Below are positions 25,081 to 36,520 of a DNA stretch of 64,000 nucleotides, one piece after another. The stretch is taken from the NCBI GenBank assembly GCA_965655095.1, contig OZ296649.1, positions 51,832,001-51,896,000 of the forward strand, read 5' to 3'. The stretch's first letter is position 1. Every line of letters begins with the position of its first letter. The notes beneath the pieces are model-generated. The model did not search any database and was not told the DNA's origin. It saw nothing but the letters and a program-made list of their open reading frames with translations. The translations under genes and the position numbers were made by a program. Origin of the DNA: Haplodiscus bocki. Taxonomy: Eukaryota.

Positions 25081-25775
25081 TGTGTAATGGATCAAATAAA
25101 ACAATGAATGAGTCAAGTATAATGGATAGAATGAAATTTATTGGCGCGCTTTTATCGATTTAGTTGTCGTGAACCCTCATGACGTTTAGTCATACGTTAG
25201 TTCGTCGCCGCGTGTTCTTTACATGTGTCTACATAATTCTTGCACAGTTGGCTCAAGTGGTAAATCTAATCCAGGGCATATGTGTACTGAGTACTTAGTG
25301 TCTTTGTCATATAATTTTGTCACGGAATGTCGTATGATCTCGTGTTTTTACATGTATTATCTCGGTGTCCGGGACATTTATCAGTTATTTCGTGAATTTC
25401 TTTTCCTTATATGGTGGTATTAATCACTTTACTATTATCGATTGTCTAGACTGAATTGAATTCGGCGTTAGCTAGAAGTGTTTTCTTTTTTGACATGTTT
25501 TCTGTCGAATTTTGTTGCTCTCTTAATACTTTCGCTCCTGATAATCCGATCTCGTTTCCTATATAAACATGTACTTTATTCCCTTGAAGTTTTTGGTTCC
25601 ATTAGCTTGAAAGTTTCTTGAACATCTTTTTTGGTCTTCAAGTGTAAAAATTGAATTGCAAAGATCAGAATTGATTTTCAGACGTTCACCGGTTCGGTTG
25701 ATTATAGTCGTTTTAATTTTTATGAAACTTGTTTCAACAGTTGTGTAGCTATTATCAAAGAAGTGAATTCTGCTG

Positions 25776-26288
25776 TTGGAGAGTGCTCTATTGAAAGTTC
25801 AATGTCTGTTCCTAACGGCGTTTTCGGGCATCTCTAAGCTAAGGGTGCTTCATATACCTTTGTGGGAAGTCTTGGAGCAGTGGCTCTGCCTGACAAATGT
25901 TTTCATGCAAAACAAGTGGCTGATCGGTTCGAATTACCTTTACTTGTACGCAATATTCTTTTCGAGCTAGATTCTGCGGAGATTTCCATAATCGAGAATA
26001 ACTGGGTTACTTCAATTATTTGGAAGCAATCGAATGGTTCTGGGAAATTGTCGGAAACGAAGAAGGCCCACACATAAGAGAATAAAGTTCACACATTGGA
26101 GAAATTACACGACGCTCTCCCTCCAGAGGACGAATTTTCCACCGATTGATTGTTTCACATGCGAAACCCCCAAAAAAGCCAAACCCTATGAAGGCGATGA
26201 CTGTTTCCCAGCGCCCAAAAAACGGAGACATCTGAGAACACCGCTCTTCGAAGTGAACTTTCGACCCCTTAATTTGTCTTATCTTTGA
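25776..26288 (+). pseudogene. Polinton 1 hypothetical upstream of pPolB
   Basis: Fragmented ORFs with weak similarity (KRIKFTH vs RRVLFDH) to 58690-59145. Confidence 0.35.
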
Positions 26289-26360
26289 AACTGACTTGTT
26301 CTTAAATTTAAACACATACATCTCATTACAGTTTGAAAAACTTAAATTCGTTCTATTTCG

Positions 26361-29300
26361 GTGAAAAAAAACAACTTGTCCGATCTCGTTATAAGATATA
26401 AACCTAACAATTCTGCTCTTAAGGCAACTGTTGAATCTTCCTTCCTAGAATATAGGGATCATTCTGATTTCCTACGATTCATGGTCGAAGTGAAGCCGCT
26501 CCTGAAAGAAATTGTTAATGGAAGCGTCAATACAGAACTTCGAAAAGTTCATCTTTCCGCTAGTTTTGTAGTCGAAAAACCCTCTGTTGATGAAACTGAC
26601 GAAAATGAGTTAACTCTTTGCGCCAACTCGAAAATGGAAACTGTTTTCTTTGGTCTTTCAGATGAATACTTCTCACGAATGCTTGATCAGATGTTGTCAA
26701 GTTTATTCACCTTCACTTCTCTTGCCAGTGGGTGGATCTTGGAGAAAATTAATGGAGTTGAAGTGCGATTAGTTTCTCATTTGCCAATCAAGGGATCGTC
26801 CTACTTAGCTCTACCCTCAGCCCTACAAAATTTGAATTATCTCCTCAACATCAGAAATCACGATGACAATAATTGCTTTTTATTGTTTCATGGCTGCTTG
26901 GCACTTCAAGTATCAACCGCGTCTCATGAGTTTTGTTTGCTGGGGTTTGCGCGCAAGCCCTGAAACATATAAACCCTGAAATCTTCTTGCTCATCAGCCG
27001 GTTGGAGAGTTTGTGATGCCCATGCGTTTCAAAGAGATACCAAGATTCGGAAAATTGAACAAATTCAGGCGAATGTTTTTCAGTTCCAAAACAGTTGCTT
27101 GATTCCTCTTCTCCTTTGAAAAAGCAAAGGTTGTCGGTTTTTAATGGATCTTATTCTCGCTGATGGACACACTCATCATTTATTTTTATTAAAGATCTCA
27201 AGTTTTATGTTAGTAATTTAGACAGCAAGTTGCCCGCTCCATCAGTCGAATCTGCCGAAATTGTTTTCACTTTTACCAAAGCCACATTGAAAGATGTTTC
27301 GAATATGAGGCGGCTGCAAATAAAATGCCGAATGATGGAAACATTTTTTTGAATTTGAACAATTATCAGTCGAAATGGTTTGCGCCTTTCGTGATTCACT
27401 TTGATTTTGAATCCTTGATAAAGCTTTCGGACTCTCGTCAAAACAAGGTCAATTATAGCTCAACAGAGGTTATAGAAGTTAACCAGCTTGTGGTTTTTGT
27501 TTGGTAGTTATTGAACTCGACAATCCAAAATTGGCGTTCGTAAAGATTGAGAGATCGAAAAACTCTATGCAAACATTTGTAGATGTTCTGGAAAAATTTG
27601 CCAAAGATTTTTATGAGAAAAAACAACAGCATAGAGACTTCAGAGGTTCTGATTCATTGGTTGATGGCTCATTTTGCTCGCGGTGAGTTTTCAATGGCAG
27701 AATTAGACAAAGTTTTGGACCACGACATTTCACCGGCAAGTTTCTGGCCTATGAGCATAGGAAATGCAACTTGAAAAGTACGACAGTTAAGTATGTCACG
27801 ATATTGGCTCGCAATTTGTCGAGCTGTGATCCTCACCATATCTGCAAAAATCTAACACTGTTTTTGAACGATTCCACATTTCAAGTCATCCCTGTGACTG
27901 TTGAGAAATATTTATCGCTATCTGTAGGAGTTAAAGTTGCGAGCTATGTCGACTCTTGAGGCGTTGAAAAAAATTTTTACGAATACCTTAAATTCATCGA
28001 CTCCTGCCGGTTCATGCCTCCGTCAATCGATAAATTAGTTCTTTATCTACTTAAAGAAAGTTTCAACATTTTGGATCAATTTTTCTTCGGACAATGAATC
28101 CGACCGAGAACTTTTTTTTATCAAAGAAGTTTCCATCCTTACAGTTACTACGATACTCATGAAAAGTTTTTGCAAACGCGATTGCCTGATCTTCAATACT
28201 GGACTAACTCTCTGCACGGGGGACTAGTGTTTATCACCTCCGACAATCTTCTCGCGCAAAAAGTTCGACACGTTTAAATGTGAGAACCTTGGAGATTATC
28301 ATAACCTTTACCTAATGACAGATGCCCTCTTGTTGGCTTGTGTTTTGGAGTCTTTCCGCAAAATGACTTATTCAACTTATGGAATGGACAGTGCACATTA
28401 TTACACGCGTTCTCAGCTCTCTGGCTATGCATTTCGTATTTTTAGTATTGCTTATATGTGGAGCTTCTGACAGATCGAGGACATCTAGAGTTTGCCGAAT
28501 ATGTAATCAGGGGTTGAGTTGCTTCTGTTTCCTCCAAACGTCTTGCCGAAGTGAATAACAATTTGCTGTCAACTTTTGACGAAATGAAAGCTAAAACGTT
28601 CGGCCTAATGGTAGACGCTAGCAACTTATATGATGGTGTCTTGGAGAAGTTTCCTTTACCATTGAGATATTTTGAAATAGCTAGAGAACTGTTGTTGGAC
28701 CTAATCTTAAACACCTCAAATGTATCCTAATGGCTTTATCCTCGAAGTCGATTTAGAGTATCCCGATTCTCTGCATGATTTACACAAAGACTCCTCTAGC
28801 GCTGACAACAGAGAAAATTGATGTTGATATGCTCTGATGTCCAGTTGTCCCTTCTGGAAGAACATGGGCAAAAGCGAGTGTCCGTCAAAAACTTTGTGCA
28901 ACCATTGAATCAAAAGAAGGAACAAACTGTACACTACATCACCAGAAAGTTGTATGTGAACCTTCGAAAGAAAGTTTCTCAAGTTCATCGTATCTTGACT
29001 TTTACTCGAGAAAAACGGATGGAACCGTACATAACTCGGAATACCGAAATGCGTTCAAAATTTTCAAATAACTTTCAAGTGTCATTCCACAAACTGATGA
29101 ATACTTTTCGCTACAGAGAAACTCGAAAGCAAACGCAACCGAGTTAATATCAAGTTACTATGAACTCTAGAAGGAGTCCTGGAAAACTCGGGAAAAAACT
29201 AAATCCGTTAAAATTTTTGATGAAAATCTCGTCGCTGTTACTTGTCGGAAGGACTACATTTTCTGGGACAGTTCAAGCGTTGTCGGTGCTTGTGTTTTGG

Positions 29301-30245
29301 ACTTGCCAGAGTATCACATGTTCTACTTTCAATATGAGGTTAGTTTTTGTAATTGTTTTCAAAAAAATTGAACATTTAATCTCTCCTGAAATCAGTGATA
29401 TGTAATGTTTTTTTCGCGATCATTCCGGATTAGTGGTGTTCTTTTTCTTTATGGTTTTTTTGTTTCGGTTGGTGATTAAAGCTACATTTGATTGCTCCTC
29501 GCTTTCTTCTGACACTGATTCTCTGCTCTATGAGATACGCGGTGATAACCTCTACGAAAAAGTCATGGGAGACCATTCTTTGAAGCAACATATCGATTTT
29601 CGAAACTACCCTTTTATTTATCTTCTTTATTCCTTCACAAATATAATTTTGGCCATGAAATTCAAGGGTAAGATGTGTGGAATCGTTACTAATGAGTTTG
29701 CTGGTTTGAAAACGAAGATGTACTCTATACTGTATGAAGATAAGCGAAAAATGTCAGCCAATGGTGTTTGCCGCTTTGCTCAAACTTCCTTAACCCATCA
29801 AGTCTACAAAAACGTTTTCAACGAAGGAGGTGCCATGCGTTCAGATATTGTCAGAATAGGCGCTGTGAAACATGATCTCAAGAAAATCCAAACCAATAAA
29901 ATCTTAACTGCGTTCGATGATAAGAGATTCATTGTAGAAGATCGAATAAGTTGTCTGCCTTTTGGACATTTTGAAGTTCGTGATATCCCTGTGTTGAGAG
30001 CCGTTGCGGAGGAACATGACTGGGGAGAATTTAGTGAGCCGGAGGAAGAAACTTTAACGAACAATTCTAATATTTCATCTTCGAGCTGCTCAAGAATCAT
30101 CAGCGTTTTCTATGTCTCACCACCAGCAAGAGTTCCATCTTTAACGCATTCCGGTGTAGCGAAAGATTCGATCGGACTTGATGAACCTATCACCTTGTCT
30201 CTTTATTCAGATGATTTTTTTTTCACCCCCAGACTCTGGATTTAA
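26361..30245 (+). pseudogene. Polinton 1 protein-primed family B DNA polymerase with endonuclease VII/HNH-type insert
   Basis: GSSYLALP..NIRNHDDNNCF, ExoI PFVIHFDFES, VLDHD.FTG..HRKCNL, KFIDSCRFM, ExoIII YHNLYLMTDALLL, motif A VDASNLY, motif B KLMN, motif C SDTDSLLY, EFAGLKTKMYS, AFDDKRFI. Confidence 0.95.
29339..29471 (+). other. 133-bp insertion in pPolB, probable spliceosomal intron
   Basis: GAG|GTTAGT...T-rich tract...TTG|GTG. Removing it restores YFQYE-VIKATFD, colinear with SFH*K-VLRNAFD in element 2. Confidence 0.65.
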
Positions 30246-30574
30246 TCAACGTAACAATTTAGAAAATGAGTTGGTGGATTCGGCGGATTTGGACGAAGAT
30301 ACGAATGACAATTCTCAACCTAGGCCCGGGAATCCTTTCATTTTTGACGAAACGGAGGAAGTCAAAAGTTCATGGGAGAGTTTTTTTCTGATGCTGGTAC
30401 TTTAAACTATGGTTCACAGAAGGAATACCCCGCTCACCTTCTCTGTTTGAGCCTGTAATTAAACGCAGACGTGTCGTGATAAGTGATAAACTCTAGCGAC
30501 AGCCATTAGTTTTTTTCTGTGATCTTGCTGGTTTTCTGAGTCAGTTTTCCAGTATGTTGTTCTTTGTCTAACAA

Positions 30575-31150
30575 ATTGCTCGTGGAAAAAGCACCGTACG
30601 AAAATGTTGCCCAAAGCACCGTTAAAACTCGCTATCGAAAAAGACAGCTATCGAAATGCTGGTGGAGGAAGTACTGTGCAAAAGTGGTGTCCAAAACTCG
30701 TGTAAAAAATCGCTTGCGATAAACGACCGTATCGAAATGCTTGTCAAAAAAAGTATCGTGCAAAAAGGATGCTCAAAACACCGTTAAAAAATCGTTATCG
30801 AAAAAGAACCTAAACGAAATGCTCGTCAAAAAAGTACCGTACAAAAATGCTGCCCAAAACACTTGAAAAATCCCTATCGAACAGGAACGGTATCGAAATG
30901 CTCCTCAAAAATATCGTGCAAAAATGCTGCTCAAAACACCGTTCATAAGTCGCTATTGAAAAAGGGCCGTTTCGAAATGCTCGTCAAAAAACTATCAAGC
31001 GATAATACTGTCCAAAACACCGTTATAAACTCGTTATCAAAAAGAACCGTATCGAAATGCTCGTCAAAAAGTATCGTACAAAAATGCTGCCCAATAACAC
31101 CGTTTAAATCGCTATCGAAAAAGACCGTATCGAAATGCTCGTCAGAACTA
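30575..31150. repeat. Tandem array, ~80-bp unit, about 7 copies
   Basis: CGAAATGCT recurs at about 30652, 30733, 30815, 30894, 30973, 31053 and 31131. Confidence 0.92.
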
Positions 31151-31368
31151 TCTACGGAAAGAAATTGAAAAGTCCTTTAATTTGGGAGTCGTATCAAATT
31201 GTATCGAAAGAAATTCAAGTCATGCACGTCACTCATTTATTCAGAGCCGGTATACGAGCTCCTGGGATGACATTTTCTGAGAGTGTGAGGTTCCGGATAC
31301 ACCCGTAAGGATGACCTTTCTAACGCCCCCCCACCCCTGTGGGGTTCAACTTGGATTTAAAAAATAAA

Positions 31369-31863
31369 TCAAATATTATTACAACACATAAGAAAAACCA
31401 AGTAATATAGTTTAAAATAAATGAGCTCACAGAGGGAATTGTTTAGCGCTTTAGCCATGTTTTCATGTTCTTGCTCATCACCTCTGATTGTGAGCAAACA
31501 GTCAGTGATGCCAATAAGATGTAGCATCTTCTTTGCCAGTGCATGACCCGGTGTGCCTGTCCTAGTGGGTGCTGGTTTGATGGTAAGTCTCAGTCCGCCG
31601 TGTCTACCTGAGACCGTTCTAGGCACTGTGGTCATATTCCGTACCGCCTGACATTTAAGAAACAATTTCATGTGAGATCAAACTTTGGATTTGGCGGCTT
31701 CCTACGCCCACTTGTGTGAGGGCTTCGTCACTCCAGCAAAGCCATACAATCCATCGCCGTCAGTCGCCCTGGCTATGGCACGATAGCGGACTCTGGGCTG
31801 ACAACCTCTATTCCTTTTGTTGTTGTACAACGGTCGCACTTTCAGCGTTTCCTCCACATTTTC
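31369..31863 (-). pseudogene. Divergent ribosomal protein uS5 (eukaryotic RPS2)-like gene inside Polinton 1
   Basis: EETLKVRPL...RVRYRAIARATDGDGLYGF and TTVPRTVSGRHGGLRLTIKPAPTRTGTPGHALAKKMLHLIGITDCLLTIRG..ENMAKA align with the RPS2 N- and C-domains. One frame, two internal stops. Confidence 0.85.
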
Positions 31864-31876
31864 CTATGACACAAGA

Positions 31877-32263
31877 TTATCTTTCAATATTTTCAAGGTA
31901 AAACTAGTTAGACGAAAAAAAAATGAATTTGAAAAGTGTGTACTAAAGTTATGATGTTAATTTTGTCAAGCTTGCGAAATGTTATGGGTTGATCGGATTT
32001 TAATAAAGTCTGTAGAATCGAAGAAAATTACTTACTGGTCTCACAATAGCATGGTCTTCTTCCTCTTTTGAGGGTGCTAATGAAGAGGAGGATGGCTCGA
32101 AATCGTCTTCTGACAGACTCGGGGCAAATGATGATCAACAGCATGGCTGGTTGTCGGTTTCATCGTGTGACTGGAGAATCATCAGTTCTGCCACCTCTCG
32201 GTCGTCCTGCTCTGAGTCTTTGATGGAGTACCGTTTACCGTTCAATCTCAACGCTACTTCCAT
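31877..32263 (-). pseudogene. Polinton 1 small acidic ORF, apparently two exons (32263-32036 and 31903-31877)
   Basis: CAAAATG start, 76 codons with one stop, then a GTAAGT donor and a 132-bp intron ending in a T-run and CTAACTAG. Confidence 0.45.
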
Positions 32264-32836
32264 TTTGTTGAATTGAGTGTTTAAAACTAGTTGAAGTTGG
32301 CTATATTGTTGGGGTTTTGCTGGAGACTGCGTGTACTGTTCGTATCGATATTTGTAGTGGAATGATTGTTTCGATTTTCGAAATTTATCTTTTTAATTCT
32401 GTTGCAAATTTCGTCATCCACTTGACGAGTTAGCAGCTTTCTTTGGTTTTTGTGGCCTATTTGCATCGTATTATCGTCTGTTTCTTTTCTATCATCTTCG
32501 AAGAATAAATGCCAAATAAAAGTCTGGCCTTGTCTAACTGAAACACATAACTTTTATTTTGAACACACGTTTTTTAACCCTACAATTATTGCAGTGTCAT
32601 AACTTTTTATCTCCCTCCTTATGTTGATAATGATGATTATGACAATAGCGGTCTTGAAATTGATAGTCTGAGCGTTGTCATGAGTTGTTTTGTAAATGCA
32701 GTTAGTGAAGTGGTGGTGGTGAACGGTTACATAACCCTAAAGTGGGTCACCTTGACTTCAATAATTGTGTTATGTAAACAAACGAACACTTGAGATCAAA
32801 GCAGTGAGACAACCTTTTCTTGTCTGGGGGGATTAT

Positions 32837-32902
32837 TTCACGCGTTGAAGGATTGTATGAATCCTGGGACCCGTTGCAAACCATACAAATCCCTATTCTA
32901 CT
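32837..32902 (-). repeat. Right TIR of Polinton 1
   Basis: Reverse complement begins AGTAGAATAGGGATTTGTATGGTTTGCAACGGGTCCCAGG, a Polinton-type 5'-AG end. Followed by the TSD TGAATT. Confidence 0.95.
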
Positions 32903-35900
32903 TGAATTTCTTTGGCAAGACCACCAAACTATCTCGCGAATACTTCTACCTCATTTCGTTTAGTTTGGATATGTGTTGTCTGGCATCATTTTTAACTGCA
33001 GCTTTGAACAATACTTAACGCTGAAGGGGTACAATGTAATGTAAAGGCAATCGATTAGGGAAGTTTTTGAAATTTCATGTATAATTTCGCGTTCATTCTC
33101 GAGGTTTTAAATGTCACATTATTGAAAATTTCAAGCAAATTTTCAAAGGTACTAAACGATTTTTGAAAGCGGGGTTATGTTCCAAAAAATATATGACTAT
33201 TCAGTTAGAGTGCATTTTTATCAGAAAAGATCCGGACTCCATTCTGTGAAAAATATTTCGGACAGCTCCGTTTTTTCGCCGATACTCAAAAAGAACCAAA
33301 AGTCATGACTAATGGTCGGAGCAGAAGTTTTCAGATTTTTCTATAGTTCATAATGTTGTTGTTTGGAAACTCTAAGTTTGTTATAACGTAGTTGAAAATT
33401 TTGATAATTGTATGTATTATGATAGAAATTTCAAATTATAAGCCATCTTTTTCTTATTTAAGTGCTCCAAACTGCATCATTGCTTGAACTTTCCTGATTT
33501 TCTCGAACTAGTGATTGCACCCCAAAACATCTAGCTGGCATATATTTGCACAGCCAGAGAAAGTCAAAAGGTTTTGAGAATCAATTTTATATCCTATTGT
33601 AATGTATGTGTCTGTATTTTTTGATTGAGTTGTCGATAAAATTTCCTGTTTCTGATTGTTTTTTTTTATCAAAACTTCTCACGGCTTTGGGTAGGCTATG
33701 GAGGGTCTGCTGAACGGAATTTGGTGATGTTCATGTTTTTCAAGATAATAATATGCAGGTTTATAATTAACCAAATCTAAATTCTGTATATACTTGGTCC
33801 TGATTTTTTTCTTTCTGAAAAGTAAAAAACTCTTGTAATCGAAATTCAATTTTTAGGGACTTTTGTTACTGCTTTTTTCTATAGTAAAGGTTGCTAGTCT
33901 AGAAGATGAAAGTTGTCAGAAACTATTTTTCCAATATAAAAGTCTGAATCTTTCCTGTCAGTGCTGTAGTCTATTGCTGTTGGTTTGCAATGACGGAGTA
34001 ACAACGACAGTGGATGTGGAGCGCTTGCATATTGTTAGTCGTTCTTGACTCTGTTTCCGGACAGTTGAGCATCGTATCCGTTGCTCGCCTGCAACAATAA
34101 TTTTTGTCGGAGCTTTACCTGAATAGCACAGCTTTACCTGAGTATCACAGCGGCGAACCGGAGGTTAGCGAGGCTGGCAAAAGAAATTTCACCAGTTCTT
34201 CGAAAACTCGGAACAGCAAGACCCATCAATACCAGAACAAGCCCGTCGAAAATCATGCGAAACTTTCCGAAATTATCGAAGCCTGTATATACCTCGCTTA
34301 AACCAAAAATTGCCGAACTTTGTCAAAAAAACGTAACTGGGATTTGTGCCAGTAACTGCAAAGTCCTTTCTTCAGAGACTGCGAAAATGATATGAAAATT
34401 AAACAAATTTGTGACTTTTACATATTAGGTCTTTAGCTGGACTTCGAAAACGACACCGAATGATGGCGCCCTAGGGCTCGCAGATGCTCCCATTTTGCTC
34501 AGAAAAAAATTGTTATACAAGGATGAAACTTGAGGATTTTGTTCAAAGCAGTTGTACGTGCGTTTTTATCCTATCTGTCACAATTGTATACAAAAGACTG
34601 CTCTGAAAGCAAAAGAAGGGGAAAAACTCTGAAAAATAGCACACTTCGGCAGTTTTTGGCTGAATCTGGAGCACCACGAGCATCATTGTGACAAAATTTT
34701 CAAAATCATGGGAAATTTCCCAATTTTTACACTTTTTGAAAATTTGAATGAATCACTCGTTGATTTGGTTGACGAAAGAGCAGAAAAAACGTAGCTATTT
34801 TTGCCGATTAAAAAGGCTAAGAATAACAATCTAAAGCAGATTTTTAAACTTTTGCAGATAAGTCTTGAATATATCCTCTCGTATTGGTCTTTAGGAACTT
34901 GTAACAAAAAAGCACTTAAACGATTGAGATCCCCAATAATGAACTCGTTGTTTCGAGCTGTTTCTGTGCTTCTGTCTCCTATTCGTTTGGTACACTTGCT
35001 AGAAAATCGGCAGAGAAAGCTCAGGGGATAAAACTGTATTCAGCCTAACGAAGCAGTTTAACACGTTGTTCTCTATTACTAGAACTAAATATTCGAACAT
35101 GTATCGTTGTTTTCCTGGATCTTTTATTGTTTGCCGTCGTAATTTAAATTTCGAAAAGAAAATTTTTCCCTCAGTAGGCTGATTTTGTTCTCCGGATTCT
35201 GCCATTTCGGAGTGAACTTGTTCACGTTTTGAAAAAAAATGCCAAAAGGTTCCTATGGACTCGCGGAATGGATTTTTGACAATCGCCGCGAAAACTTTTC
35301 CCTGAAAGTCCCGAAAGGTTTTCGATCCAAGTGCGAGAAAAATTAAATATATATTTTTTTTCAAATGCTTCTCTGGACACTTAGAATGCAGTTTTGAAAA
35401 CCCTTCCTAAAATTTTTCGCCCAAATCTGAAAATTTTTCACTCAAAGTGGAAAAGATTTGGGAATTTATAATTTAGAAAAGTTTTCTCTCAGAACTTTCC
35501 TGTGGACTAGTAAAATGCAGTTTTAACTACGCTGCGGAAAATTTCTCGTTCGAACGTCAAAAATTGTTTGCTTAATGTCAGAAAAAATTCATGAAATTAG
35601 TATTTTTTTCCGCGAAATATTTTTTGTTGCATTTTTTTTGTAGTGTTGACAACTCACCAAAAATTGTTGCCCGGAAGTCCGAATAAAATTCTAAACTTTT
35701 GATGTTTCAAAAAGAGACTGGAAATGTTCTTCCGGACTCTTAGAAATAAATTTAGCGAATACCAATTTTTGTTTAAAATTGTACTCATTGTAATAAGAGG
35801 AGGCCTCCTCGCTCCCTAGGGTGACTATGTTCTTCTTGAAATTTGCAATAATTTCATTTTAGAGCCCTTTCTTGCCCACCGTCGACGGAAAATATCGCAG

Positions 35901-36099
35901 CGCTGCTTCACCTCTTGTTATAATTACGTCCGCCATCTTGGTATCCGATAACTTTCCGGATTTCTGGTTTTTTAAAAATAGGTTTTTCAAAATTTGTGAC
36001 TTCGGATCATATGTTTTCTGGTCAGAATGTGTTGTGAAGCCTCCGATTCGCCTCTATTTAATCATTTTCTGCCCATATTTATGATAATTAAACAATCAT

Positions 36100-36520
36100 C
36101 TACTTAAAACGCCCAAATCTCACTATATAACGCTTACTTGACAATTGATACTGTCTTCCGAATGTGTGTACGAATATGACGGTTCTTACCGTAGTTTTTT
36201 TCATCGAATTGTAGTAAATTAGCCGCGGAATGCGACTGAAATAGTAAGATTTCTCAAAACGTTTGAAGTTTAGATTTTGAAAAAAAAGATAGGTTTTTTT
36301 TAAAAAAAACTTCGCGATCGGTAAAGGTTGCAAAATTGCTGTAGAATGCGTATCTAATAATATTATTTTTTGAAACTGTTTTTTCCACTTCATTGTGAAG
36401 TTTTTTGCAAAAAAATTGAAAAAAATTAAATTTAGAAAAGTATGAGGAAACAGTAATTTATGAAAAAGCGTTTTCATCCTTTGAAAAGACTTCTTCAACA
36501 AAGTTCGAAGGTGGTAGCCA
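36100..36520 (+). repeat. Dispersed repeat family C (Helitron-like non-autonomous)
   Basis: Extended similarity to 43620-44035: GCCGC.GAATGCGACTGA.ATAGTAA...ATCGGTAAAGGT.GCAA..TTGCTGTAGAATGCGTATC. Confidence 0.75.

Larger units (their letters stand above)
11841..32902 (+). mobile_element. Polinton/Maverick (adintovirus-like endogenous virus) element 1, full length and decayed, about 21.1 kb
   Basis: TIRs at 11841-11906 and 32837-32902. TSD TGAATT at 11835-11840 and 32903-32908. Contains ATPase, integrase, minor and major capsid, adenain and pPolB remnants. Confidence 0.96.

Noticed and set aside
30575-31150. CRISPR-like array or real ORF 30863-31168
   Set aside because: The units are fully repeated with no unique spacers, the context is eukaryotic, and the ORF is a by-product of the repeat.
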